Positions 19,273 through 28,531 of a DNA stretch of 36,705 bases are shown piece by piece (positions within the stretch are counted from its first letter, which is position 1; the number at the start of each line of letters is the position of its first letter). The position numbers were made by a program, and so were the translations under genes. The DNA comes from Promethearchaeota archaeon (GTDB lineage Archaea; Asgardarchaeota; Lokiarchaeia; Sigyniarchaeales; SOKP01). The stretch is taken from positions 1-36,705 of the forward strand of contig JBHLLU010000019.1 of assembly GCA_048938895.1 (NCBI GenBank), read 5' to 3'. A model generated the notes under the pieces. That model saw only the letters and a list, made by a program, of their open reading frames with translations, did no database searches and was not told where the DNA came from.

Positions 19273-19791
19273 ATGAAGCTAGGGATAATTTCCGACACTC
19301 ATATAACCTTCAATACAAATCAAAATAAAATTCTTGCTCTTATCACTCAACTCAAGAATGTATTCAAAGATGCTGATAAAATACTTCATGCGGGGGATGT
19401 TTGCGAGCTAAGCTTTTTAAATCTACTTGAATCCATTGCTCCTGTTGTAGCTGTGAAAGGTGAATTAGACATGATTGAGTACTTAGAACTCTCTACCCAA
19501 ATATCAGTTGGTCATTATAATATTGGATTAATTCACAGATTGCCTGAAAACCTAGAAGATTATATGAAAGAAAAAAATCTGCAGATTCTCGTTTATGGGC
19601 ATACTCATATCCCACTCATACAGGGTACAGCATTTAATACCCTTCTTTTAAATCCAGGTTCCCCGACAACACCAAATGTACCCCCTCAAAAGCCAGGATT
19701 TCTCAAACCAGTAGCAAGGCCTACGGTTATAACTTTAAGCATTGATGAGAATGATGTCTTATCAACTTTTATTATTACATTACGGCTTTAG
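19273..19791 (+). CDS. Calcineurin-like metallophosphoesterase, YfcE/MJ0936/Vps29 family
   Basis: SDTH, HAGD, GELD, GLIH, GHTH, NPGS. Confidence 0.88.
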   Translation: MKLGIISDTHITFNTNQNKILALITQLKNVFKDADKILHAGDVCELSFLNLLESIAPVVAVKGELDMIEYLELSTQISVGHYNIGLIHRLPENLEDYMKEKNLQILVYGHTHIPLIQGTAFNTLLLNPGSPTTPNVPPQKPGFLKPVARPTVITLSIDENDVLSTFIITLRL

Positions 19792-19998
19792 ATAGCCGAA
19801 TAATGCAGAAATAGAACAGACACAATTTGAAAGATCAGAATCATGAGAATTCAATTAATTTTAAATATTATTTAACTCATATTTATTATACATAGAAAGT
19901 TTATGCTAAAAGGTAGCTTTGGGATAATCATAAACTAGATATTAATAATTAATTCCTAGAAACTCCAAAAATTTAATAAAATCTAAGTGAATGTTAAA

Positions 19999-20397
19999 AT
20001 GGTAAGTAAACTCGGTTTAGTACTAAAAGAACTTAATGAAAATGGGAATTTTCGTGCTTCACTTTTTGCAACCTCGGCAGGTTTGGTCCTAGCATCACAT
20101 AAAGAAGAAAAAATAGACGAACGAGTAGTGGCAGCAATGGGTTCCTTATTAAGCGATGCTGCCTATAAAGCTGCTGAAGAAATGGATTTATCTGATGTTA
20201 TGAGTATGAAGATTAAATATAAAGATGATTATATCATCATGAGAAATATTGCGATGAAGGATGATAAAACTAAATTTTTATTAGCAGTTCTAACCAAACT
20301 CCCTGAGAGCGAAGAGATTGAGAAATATATTGATCAACTTCTTGATTGGGCGGAAGAAAATAGTAAAGGAGACTTAGAAAAACTCTCCTCTCTTTAG
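19999..20397 (+). CDS. Roadblock/LC7 (MglB-like) domain protein
   Basis: LFATSAGLVLAS...DERVVAAMGSLL pattern. ATG 19999 is preceded by SD-like AAGTGA; the ORF track start is GTG 19987. Confidence 0.82.
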   Translation: MVSKLGLVLKELNENGNFRASLFATSAGLVLASHKEEKIDERVVAAMGSLLSDAAYKAAEEMDLSDVMSMKIKYKDDYIIMRNIAMKDDKTKFLLAVLTKLPESEEIEKYIDQLLDWAEENSKGDLEKLSSL

Positions 20398-20445
20398 TAT
20401 TATACTTACTTTTATTTTTTATAAAACAGTTTGGGAAAAAGTCTC

Positions 20446-21072
20446 TTAGAAATCATTTAAAAATTTCAATACCTCTTTTCCAACTTGCTCTTCATAACCC
20501 CAATAAAAGTGGTCAGTATCAAGGATCAATTTTTTTTTTGGATCAGGATATGATTCATAATTTTCTTGAAATTGGCTATACTGAGCAACCTGATCCCTAT
20601 TTCCTTGAATAAACAATTTAGGTTTTGATGTTTGCGATTTTTGCTTATAGAATCCCATAAATCCCCAGGGGAAGGCTATTGAGACGAATCCAATCACCTT
20701 ATCTGAGTAATTTACTTCTGAACAACCAATAGCAGCACCATATGAATATCCGCATAATAATACTTTGTTAAAACCTTCATTCATTAAATAGTCAATACAA
20801 GCTTGAACATCACTTGATTCTCCTGTTCCGTTTGAATGGGAACCCGTTGAGTTTCCAACACCTCTAAAATTGAACCTTAAGCAGGGCCAATCATGCTCTA
20901 TTAGCTTATTAAATACTCCAGATATAACATTATTAAACATATTGCCCCCATATTGAGGATGAGGATGACAGATTAATGTAACTGGCTTCTCCTTGCCAGA
21001 TTTCGATTGAAAGAATTCTGCTTCTAGTTTAATTTCATTATTTAATATGAATATTTTTTCAATTGGTACCAT
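20446..21072 (-). CDS. Alpha/beta hydrolase
   Basis: HPHPQYGGNM, RFNFRGVG, GYSYG nucleophile elbow, QGNRD, DHF. Confidence 0.9.
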   Translation of the reverse strand: MVPIEKIFILNNEIKLEAEFFQSKSGKEKPVTLICHPHPQYGGNMFNNVISGVFNKLIEHDWPCLRFNFRGVGNSTGSHSNGTGESSDVQACIDYLMNEGFNKVLLCGYSYGAAIGCSEVNYSDKVIGFVSIAFPWGFMGFYKQKSQTSKPKLFIQGNRDQVAQYSQFQENYESYPDPKKKLILDTDHFYWGYEEQVGKEVLKFLNDF

Positions 21073-21119
21073 ATAGTTAATTTAATTATCAACTTATAAT
21101 AATTATACCATAAATAAAC

Positions 21120-21983
21120 GTGCGAAATATGAGTCATTATAATCGTTTTATTATTCAAGACAAATTGAAGGAATTTATTGAAGAAGATTGTCATTTTGCA
21201 GACATCTCATCAAGTATAATACCTGAAGATGCGGAAACTACAGCAAAAATTTATGCTAAAAGTGCGGGATATATTTCAGGATTAACAGAACTTAAAAGCC
21301 TATTTGAAATGGTTGAAGTATCTACTACTTTAAAAAAAACAGATGGTGAAGCATTTAAGAACGGTGATATAATTGTTGAATTAAAGGGAAAAACTAGAAA
21401 TATTCTACTAGGAGAGAGGTTAGGTCTTAACCTTCTAACTCATATGAGTGCGATAACTTCAACAACAAAAAAGTTTAAAGAAATAATTCAAAATGCAGGA
21501 AAAAATATAAGAATTGCATGCACCAGAAAAACTACTCCTGGATTAAGAATCTTTGAAAAAAAAGCTGTTGAAATTGGGGGAGGAGACCCACATCGCTTTT
21601 CTTTAGATGAAGTTCTTCTCAAAGACACACATTTAAGGTTTTATAAGGGAGATATTGAAAAGATTTTAACAGCGATCAAGCAAAAAGTGAGTTTTACCAA
21701 AAAAATTGAGATAGAAATTGAAGAAGTGAAGGATGTGTTGATTGCAGCTAAAAATGGGGCAGATATTATTATGCTTGATAATTTTACTCCTGATCAAGTA
21801 GAGGATGCAATAACCTTATTAAAGAAGAATAATCTTCGAGAGAGTGTTATCATTGAGGTTTCCGGAGGAATCCAGCCAGAAAATATTGTTGATTATTTGC
21901 TCTCCGAACCGGATATTATTAGTTCGGGGCAGTTAACTCAATTTCCATCTGAATATGTAGATTTTACTCTTAGATTTGACTAA
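21120..21983 (+). CDS. nadC: Quinolinate phosphoribosyltransferase (nicotinate-nucleotide diphosphorylase)
   Basis: TRKTTPG, HRF, KDTH, IEIE, IMLDN, EVSGGI. Alternative start is ATG 21129. Confidence 0.95.
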   Translation: MRNMSHYNRFIIQDKLKEFIEEDCHFADISSSIIPEDAETTAKIYAKSAGYISGLTELKSLFEMVEVSTTLKKTDGEAFKNGDIIVELKGKTRNILLGERLGLNLLTHMSAITSTTKKFKEIIQNAGKNIRIACTRKTTPGLRIFEKKAVEIGGGDPHRFSLDEVLLKDTHLRFYKGDIEKILTAIKQKVSFTKKIEIEIEEVKDVLIAAKNGADIIMLDNFTPDQVEDAITLLKKNNLRESVIIEVSGGIQPENIVDYLLSEPDIISSGQLTQFPSEYVDFTLRFD

Positions 21984-21990
21984 AAATTCT

Positions 21991-22383
21991 TCAGTCGATA
22001 ATTATTTCACGAATAGAACAGATTACATCTTTAATTTTAGCTAGTTCTTTATATAAATCTTGAATAATCTCGATTTCGCCGACTAATAAAATAATTTCAA
22101 TCTTTTTTTCTACTATTCGCCAATCTGTTATTGTTTTTATAATTTGATGAAATCGTGAATAAAGATCAGATATTTGGTCAATAGTAACCTCTTTGAAAGG
22201 GTATACAAGACTTATTGTCATTATCTTGTATCCTTCTAAGTTGCTAAATGATTCATGTTTCTCAATAAAACTGACAATTGAATCTCTTAATGCTTCACTC
22301 TTAGAAGTAAATCCGCTTTGGTTTCGTACTTTTTCAAATCTTTCTAATAAATCATCACTAACTTGCAAAGAAATGATTGGCAT
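21991..22383 (-). CDS. Ribbon-helix-helix regulator with NikR-like architecture
   Basis: IISLQVSDDLL...GFTSKSEALRD RHH domain plus an ACT-like C-domain; nickel ligands not seen. Confidence 0.8.
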   Translation of the reverse strand: MPIISLQVSDDLLERFEKVRNQSGFTSKSEALRDSIVSFIEKHESFSNLEGYKIMTISLVYPFKEVTIDQISDLYSRFHQIIKTITDWRIVEKKIEIILLVGEIEIIQDLYKELAKIKDVICSIREIIID

Positions 22384-22434
22384 GATAAGATCACTAAATT
22401 ACTCTTGAATATAATTTTTATACATATTTCTATT

Positions 22435-23265
22435 TTATAGAAATTTGTTAATAAAACTAATACTCTGATGTAAATCTTTTGCGGTTGATAATTCAATAAT
22501 TATTGGCCCTTGATACTCATGACTTTTCATTTTATTAAATATTTCATGAAAATTCACTTTTCCCGTTCCTAGGGGGGGGTGAGTATCTGAATCTTTACTG
22601 AAATTATCTACTATATGAACATTTTTGATTATTTTGTCGAAATAATCCCATAATTTACTAATGTTCCCATTACAAGTGTAAAAGTGGCTGGTATCATAGG
22701 TTAAATAAAGATCTTTGCGATCAATTATAGTAAAAGTGTTCTTAATGTCATTTTCATCTAACATTATATGACAATTCTTTGGCATATTTTCTAGACAAAT
22801 GCTTACATCTGAGTTTTTTGTTGAATTTAGCAATTTTTGGATTGATTTAGCTAATTGATGTTTATTATGTTCTCTAATTGAATTAATTAAAAAATTTGCT
22901 AATCCTGGGTGAATAGTTAATAGTTTAACACCAAGATCTTTACAAATCTCAACAGTTCTCAAATAGGCCTCAACTGATGCGTTAGAAATGATATCATTAT
23001 GAGTACATAAATTCACATCAATAAAAGGCCCATGTATCTGTTTTTTTAGAGAGAAAGAATTGACCAGCTTTACGAATTTATCTTTGTATGCTTCTTCAAT
23101 AACATCAGAGGGATCAAGAACTAGTTCAACAAGATCTATGTTGTTTTTTTCAGCAAAAATGAGACAATCTTCAGAGGCTTTAAGTACTAAATCAATAAGA
23201 TTCTCATAATTCTTGGAAAGCCCATATTCAATAATATGGCCTAAAGAACTTATCCCTAATTCCAT
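22435..23265 (-). CDS. Sugar phosphate isomerase/epimerase (xylose isomerase-like TIM barrel)
   Basis: IHGPF, IHPG, LENM, DTSH, HIVD, DTHPPLGTG, IIE. Confidence 0.85.
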   Translation of the reverse strand: MELGISSLGHIIEYGLSKNYENLIDLVLKASEDCLIFAEKNNIDLVELVLDPSDVIEEAYKDKFVKLVNSFSLKKQIHGPFIDVNLCTHNDIISNASVEAYLRTVEICKDLGVKLLTIHPGLANFLINSIREHNKHQLAKSIQKLLNSTKNSDVSICLENMPKNCHIMLDENDIKNTFTIIDRKDLYLTYDTSHFYTCNGNISKLWDYFDKIIKNVHIVDNFSKDSDTHPPLGTGKVNFHEIFNKMKSHEYQGPIIIELSTAKDLHQSISFINKFL

Positions 23266-23284
23266 GATTCAACTCCTTATTACA

Positions 23285-23968
23285 TTATCCCTTTTTCTCT
23301 CGCATATTACGTGGATAATTAGCAAACAAGCTTTGATACAATTTTTCAAATCTATTAAGATTTTCATTGGGGATGATTTTTGGTTCTCCTATTTGCAGAG
23401 CGCCCCAATATATTTTAGCCAATTTTTCTACTAATTCTGCAAATTTCACGGCATGGTCAATAGATTTTCCACATACGATAACTCCATGATTCGCTAATAA
23501 GGCAGCATTTTTTGTACCCAATGCATTAAGTGCTACTTGTCCAATTTCTTCTGTATGTGCTTCTCCAAAATCAGATATATCAATTGCACCGCCTAAGAAA
23601 ATGTACATTTCTTCCATTATTATTGGTATTTTTTTTCTAATTGTCGAAAACATGGAAGCGAATGTTGAATGGGTATGAATTACTGCTTGTACTTTGGGTC
23701 GGGATTTATAAATTGCGATATGCATTTTTGCTTCTGTGGAGGGTAATTTTCCAGCACTTAGAAGATTTCCTTCAAAGTCTAAATGAACTATTTCCTCTTT
23801 TTTAAGCGTAGAATATTGGTTAAATGAGGGAGTTATAAAAAATTCGTCTTTCTTTCCATTTCGAATACTAACATTGCCCTCACCTGATTCTACTAATCCT
23901 TTAGTAAAAATCGCTTTTGCGCCTTCGACTACGTCAAGCCGAAGCTTCTCTTCCTTTGTCAATGACAT
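23285..23968 (-). CDS. Class II aldolase/adducin family (FucA-like)
   Basis: GNVS, ITPS, PSTE..MH, HTHS, LLANHG. Confidence 0.9.
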   Translation of the reverse strand: MSLTKEEKLRLDVVEGAKAIFTKGLVESGEGNVSIRNGKKDEFFITPSFNQYSTLKKEEIVHLDFEGNLLSAGKLPSTEAKMHIAIYKSRPKVQAVIHTHSTFASMFSTIRKKIPIIMEEMYIFLGGAIDISDFGEAHTEEIGQVALNALGTKNAALLANHGVIVCGKSIDHAVKFAELVEKLAKIYWGALQIGEPKIIPNENLNRFEKLYQSLFANYPRNMREKKG

Positions 23969-24132
23969 AATTTAAATAATTAAGAATGAGTTAAAAAATT
24001 ATTTCGAATTATAAAAAGAAGGAAATAAGTGAGATATTTGAAAATTCAAAATACTCTAGTCTTATATATAAAATCTAAAAGTATGAATTATGTTATGTAA
24101 AAATTTATTCTTCCAATCAAACCATTCATATA

Positions 24133-25224
24133 ATGACCCGAATTATACTCCATTGTGATTTAGACTGTTTTTTTGCAGCGGTTGAAATAAGGGATAATCC
24201 TCAATACAAAAAAAAGCCAGTTATTGTGGGAGCTGATCCAAAAAATGGAAGAGGAAGGGGAGTCGTATCCACGTGTTCATATGAAGCAAGAAAATTTGGT
24301 CTTCATTCTGGAATGCCAATTTCTCAGGCATTTCTAAGGTGTCCTCATGGGATTTATTTAAGACCTAATATAGAAAAGTATCATATTGCTTCTAAATCAG
24401 TAATGAATATATTAAAGAATTACTCAAATGATTTTCAAAAAATGGGAAGTGATGAAGCATATCTGGATCTTACAGATATATGCAATAATTATCAGGAAGC
24501 AAAGGACTATGGCACTAAAATTCAAAAGGAAGTTGTAGAGAAAGTAGGTTTGACAATTTCTATTGGAATAGCACCCACAAAATCTCTTGCTAAAATTGCC
24601 TCTGACTGTAATAAACCAAATGGGATAACTCTCTTGGAACCACATAATTTTAAGGGTTTATTAAAAGATATGGATATTACTCGTGTACCAGGGATTGGGA
24701 AAAAAACAAAGGGGTATTTTTATCAGAAAGGGATACGAAAGATAGGCGATATATTTAACCTTACTCTTGCAAAGATGATTTCTTTAGTAGGTGAACATGG
24801 AAAATGGATTTGGAAAGTAGTGAATGGATTTGATAACCGAAAGGTCAAAGAATTCCATGAAGAAAGGAAGTCTATCAGTGCTGAAAGAACTTTTTTCGAA
24901 GACACGGATGATTTTAATTCAATATTAGCAAAATTGGAAGATATTAATGAAAAAATCCACAATTCACTTATGAAAAATCATATCACATACAAAACAATTT
25001 CATTAAAAATAAGGTTTGAAGGTTATCGGACATACACTCGTGCGAAAACCTTACCATTTCATATACAAGATAAACAACGGGTAATTGAAGTGGTCTTAGA
25101 TTTATTGAAAGAATTTACAAGAAGTATGAAAAAAGTAAGACTTGTAGGGATTAAATTATCTAATTTAGAGAAAAATATGAAAATTCGGCAGACTAAAATT
25201 TTACATTATGCCTATGTTACATAA
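24133..25224 (+). CDS. dinB: DNA polymerase IV (Y family)
   Basis: DLDCFFA, SYEAR, SDEAYLD, AKIASD..KPNG, little-finger RLVGI. Confidence 0.96.
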   Translation: MTRIILHCDLDCFFAAVEIRDNPQYKKKPVIVGADPKNGRGRGVVSTCSYEARKFGLHSGMPISQAFLRCPHGIYLRPNIEKYHIASKSVMNILKNYSNDFQKMGSDEAYLDLTDICNNYQEAKDYGTKIQKEVVEKVGLTISIGIAPTKSLAKIASDCNKPNGITLLEPHNFKGLLKDMDITRVPGIGKKTKGYFYQKGIRKIGDIFNLTLAKMISLVGEHGKWIWKVVNGFDNRKVKEFHEERKSISAERTFFEDTDDFNSILAKLEDINEKIHNSLMKNHITYKTISLKIRFEGYRTYTRAKTLPFHIQDKQRVIEVVLDLLKEFTRSMKKVRLVGIKLSNLEKNMKIRQTKILHYAYVT

Positions 25225-26149
25225 AAAAATCCGGTAAAATCTCTTTTAATTTATGTATTATCTCCTCATGAAGTACATTATTTGAAGCAATTATTCCCGG
25301 TTTAGTCCATTTACATTTTTCTCTTAAAAATTCCAGGGAAATTCCTTCTAAATCTGATACTGTTCCTCCTGCTTCTCTCACAATCAAATCTCCTGGTAAA
25401 AAATCCCAAGAAGATGAATGATCTGGATCTAGTGGCTTAATGTATAGATCAGCACTTCCATCCGCAATCATCGCAAATTTAGCCATGCTATCAATTTGTA
25501 TAAACTTGGTTATACCAGTTTGCTTAGCAAATTGCATAACCCATGGCTGATCATAATGCAAAGAGTGACATAATTTAATATCTTCTATCTCTTCTGTTTG
25601 ACTTACTTTAAGTGTTATGGCATCTCCATAGTTGTATGAAACTTGAGCACCTTGGCCTTCCTCAGCTGAAAAAACTGCAATTGAATTTCCTTTATAATTT
25701 GGGACTGCGATCGCACATACTTTTGGGACGGAATTCTCCATAAATCCCACTCCTACAGCATATGATAATCCTTTTTGAAAACCAATGGTCCCATCAATTG
25801 GATCAACAGTCCATTGACGTTGCGATGGATATCCCCGATATTTAATTAATTTTTTTATATCGTGTAATTCATTTAGATCCAGTTCTTGAAAACACTGCAG
25901 AACAACATTCTGTGAGGTTTTATCAATAAATTTAATATCCTCTTCTTCTGCAATTATCTCATCATCGACGAAATGGTTTTTTAAGCTAGCTATGATATAT
26001 ATTTGAGAAGCAAAATCAGCTAAAGTAACTGGTGAGTCATCATCCTTAGAGAAGGATTTATATTCCTTATTTCTAAACCATTCTGTGATTTCAGAGGCCT
26101 TTTTTACTATTTTTATAGCTAAGTTTAATTCTTTATTGTATTTCGACAT
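25217..26149 (-). CDS. Inositol monophosphatase superfamily, HAL2/SAL1-like 3'(2'),5'-bisphosphate nucleotidase
   Basis: SPVTLADFASQ, AEE, DPIDGT.GF, IDSMAKF, WD. Confidence 0.85.
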   Translation of the reverse strand: MSKYNKELNLAIKIVKKASEITEWFRNKEYKSFSKDDDSPVTLADFASQIYIIASLKNHFVDDEIIAEEEDIKFIDKTSQNVVLQCFQELDLNELHDIKKLIKYRGYPSQRQWTVDPIDGTIGFQKGLSYAVGVGFMENSVPKVCAIAVPNYKGNSIAVFSAEEGQGAQVSYNYGDAITLKVSQTEEIEDIKLCHSLHYDQPWVMQFAKQTGITKFIQIDSMAKFAMIADGSADLYIKPLDPDHSSSWDFLPGDLIVREAGGTVSDLEGISLEFLREKCKWTKPGIIASNNVLHEEIIHKLKEILPDFFM

Positions 26150-26169
26150 TGTTAATTAAAAAATAGCGG

Positions 26170-28251
26170 TTACATTAGTATTGCTTTTATTTCAAATAGA
26201 TAATTTTCTAATGAAGATGACATATTACTAGTTAGAGCAATTTGTTTAAATCTTTTTAATTCTGATTCGAAATTATATTCACCTAATAACCATATTAATT
26301 TATGAAGTTCAATTTTTTTCCTAAAATTAGCATCAATTTTATAATATTTGGAGTAAGCATTATAAAAAGCATCAGAAAAAGAGGGAATATTTAAGGGTTT
26401 TAAAATAAAATAATCAATTTTTATAAAATCTTGGGCTCTACTTCCTACACACCAATTATCAAAGTCAACTAATCCATTTAAATTAATAACTCCTTGTTCT
26501 TCTTTTACAATAACGTTTTGGCTATGAAAATCATTATGTAGCAATACAAATTCATCTTCATCTTCAATTAATGCTTCAGTATCTCTATAATATTCCCTTA
26601 TTTCATTACTTAAATCAATTTTATTCTTTTTTATTTCTTGTAATTCGAGTTCTAGTTTATTATTGAAATATTCTGAATATTTTTCTCTTTTTTTTTTCCC
26701 TAGATTGGAAATTGTCTTATAAAAGGAGTCAAACCTAATATTATGTAGATTTCCTAAATGAACTCCCAATTTTTCAAATAAATTTATCACTTTTTTGGTG
26801 TTTAAGTTTTTTCCTTCATTGATATAGGTATTTATAAGTTCAAATAATGGTTTTCCCCGGATATAATCTTGTACTGAAAAAATATAGGGAATAAGTGTTT
26901 TACGTTCATCATAATAGATTAAATTACTTACTGGTATAATAGGGGGATTGTCTTTCTGGAAAATATATGATCCTGTTTTTGCCGCAAGAATTTCCTTTAC
27001 TTTTTCCCTTAACTGTGAATCTTTGGGTGTCAATGTATTATCTAATAGAGGAAATAGTAATTTTTCTTTAACCAGATTTTCAAATTGAAAAATTTTACTA
27101 GTTCGAAATCTAAATACTAATTTGCTATTTTCAAATTTTACCTTATATATTGTATTGATATCTGCCCCATAAGGTCCTGTGATTTTTATTACTTTTCCTT
27201 GTTGAACTAAAACATCAATTTTTGAAAATGTCTCTATAATATCCCGAAATTGATACAGATCTTTAGTACCAATAAAATATAATTTATAGATTTGTTTGTT
27301 ATTAATTAAGGAATTGACAGTGGCTTCAATTCTTTCTTTACTTATTGTTTCGATTTCAGTTTGTAGTGCAGAAATGATAGAATTAATTTCTCCGTTTGAC
27401 GAGGAAATTAAATCTCGATATAGATAAAGAAATGCGTATGATAAACCACGTTTTTCTTGATCTTGTCCTGTCTTATTATCATAAATTTTTGTTCTAATAT
27501 CATTAATTTGATCTTGAAGTTGCAGAAGTTCAAGGAGATTATCTTCCAGAGCGTAGTAATATAATTTTGAAGACATATTAACTAAATTGCTGATATTAGA
27601 CACAATTCCACTATATTTTCTCAGGTTTAAAGGGATTAATTGAAAAAAATTTTGAGAATTTTCTTCTAATCCGCAAAATACAGAAAAATTCTCATTTAAT
27701 AACTCTATATAAGATTTGCAAACTTTAATATTATAAAAGGAATCATTTAAACCCTTTAGATTAGGAAAAGCTAGTAATCGATTAAGGAAAGAAGGTTCAA
27801 TCTCATTTCTAGCGCATAAAAGAGGATTATTATACAAATATATTTTATTTCTTGGATTAATTGAACTTAAAATGTTTTCAAAATGAGAATAAATTGCATC
27901 TGATGAAATTTTCTCAGAGAAGGGAGGAGATATCATATAATTTAGATCTTCATATTTTTTACTAAAAGTTTCAATGTGGTTAATAACATCATCCGCAGAG
28001 TTATCATGAAATTCAGTTAGTATAGGAATTTTATTCTGAGTAATTTCCAATACTAAATCAATAAACTTAGATTTTTGTTCAATATTAGATAAAAAGCCTC
28101 TATTATCCCCCATATTCCCAAAAAGCAAGATAGCATTTGCATCATTTGTAAGAATATGACGAAATAGAAGTGAATTTAAATTTTCTACAATATCACCATT
28201 TTTGTTGATGAATGTAAGAGCATCACAAATTACTCCATTGATTTGCGACAA
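26170..28251 (-). CDS. Fusion: degenerate DHDPS/NAL-family TIM barrel + APH/choline-kinase-like phosphotransferase
   Basis: N-terminal LFGNMGD, SPPF, YLYNNP, PNLKGLNDS. C-terminal LHNDFHSQN and LVDFD. TTG start with upstream GAAGTGA. Confidence 0.8.
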   Translation of the reverse strand: MSQINGVICDALTFINKNGDIVENLNSLLFRHILTNDANAILLFGNMGDNRGFLSNIEQKSKFIDLVLEITQNKIPILTEFHDNSADDVINHIETFSKKYEDLNYMISPPFSEKISSDAIYSHFENILSSINPRNKIYLYNNPLLCARNEIEPSFLNRLLAFPNLKGLNDSFYNIKVCKSYIELLNENFSVFCGLEENSQNFFQLIPLNLRKYSGIVSNISNLVNMSSKLYYYALEDNLLELLQLQDQINDIRTKIYDNKTGQDQEKRGLSYAFLYLYRDLISSSNGEINSIISALQTEIETISKERIEATVNSLINNKQIYKLYFIGTKDLYQFRDIIETFSKIDVLVQQGKVIKITGPYGADINTIYKVKFENSKLVFRFRTSKIFQFENLVKEKLLFPLLDNTLTPKDSQLREKVKEILAAKTGSYIFQKDNPPIIPVSNLIYYDERKTLIPYIFSVQDYIRGKPLFELINTYINEGKNLNTKKVINLFEKLGVHLGNLHNIRFDSFYKTISNLGKKKREKYSEYFNNKLELELQEIKKNKIDLSNEIREYYRDTEALIEDEDEFVLLHNDFHSQNVIVKEEQGVINLNGLVDFDNWCVGSRAQDFIKIDYFILKPLNIPSFSDAFYNAYSKYYKIDANFRKKIELHKLIWLLGEYNFESELKRFKQIALTSNMSSSLENYLFEIKAILM

Positions 28252-28531
28252 ATTAGATTCACTTCTTTAAATGGTAAAATGATTGAATTTCTATAGTATT
28301 ATATTTAGTATTATATGTATATCAGTTTTTAAGAGTTTTTAACCAATAATATTTTCTTTTTTATACCTAAATTTTAATTGCTCTTTTATTTATAATTTCT
28401 TATTCAATATAAATAGATGTGAAATTCCGTTAAAGGAACGAGTTATTAATTCCCGTAAAATTGATGCTAATAATAGATCACTTGTTTCTCTTATTAGTTT
28501 TCCTTCTATAGGCTAATTTTTACAAAAATAC

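Noticed and set aside
19898-19936. Possible SECIS element
   Set aside because: No paired GA/GA core on either strand, and no in-frame TGA selenoprotein candidate seen nearby.
4751-25224. Convergent gene overlaps (4751-4754, 11263-11266, 25217-25224)
   Set aside because: Short stop-codon overlaps are ordinary in compact AT-rich genomes.
24133-25224. dinB as part of a mobile element or tRNA-integrated island
   Set aside because: No integrase, transposase, terminal repeats or duplicated tRNA 3' end were seen in the window.
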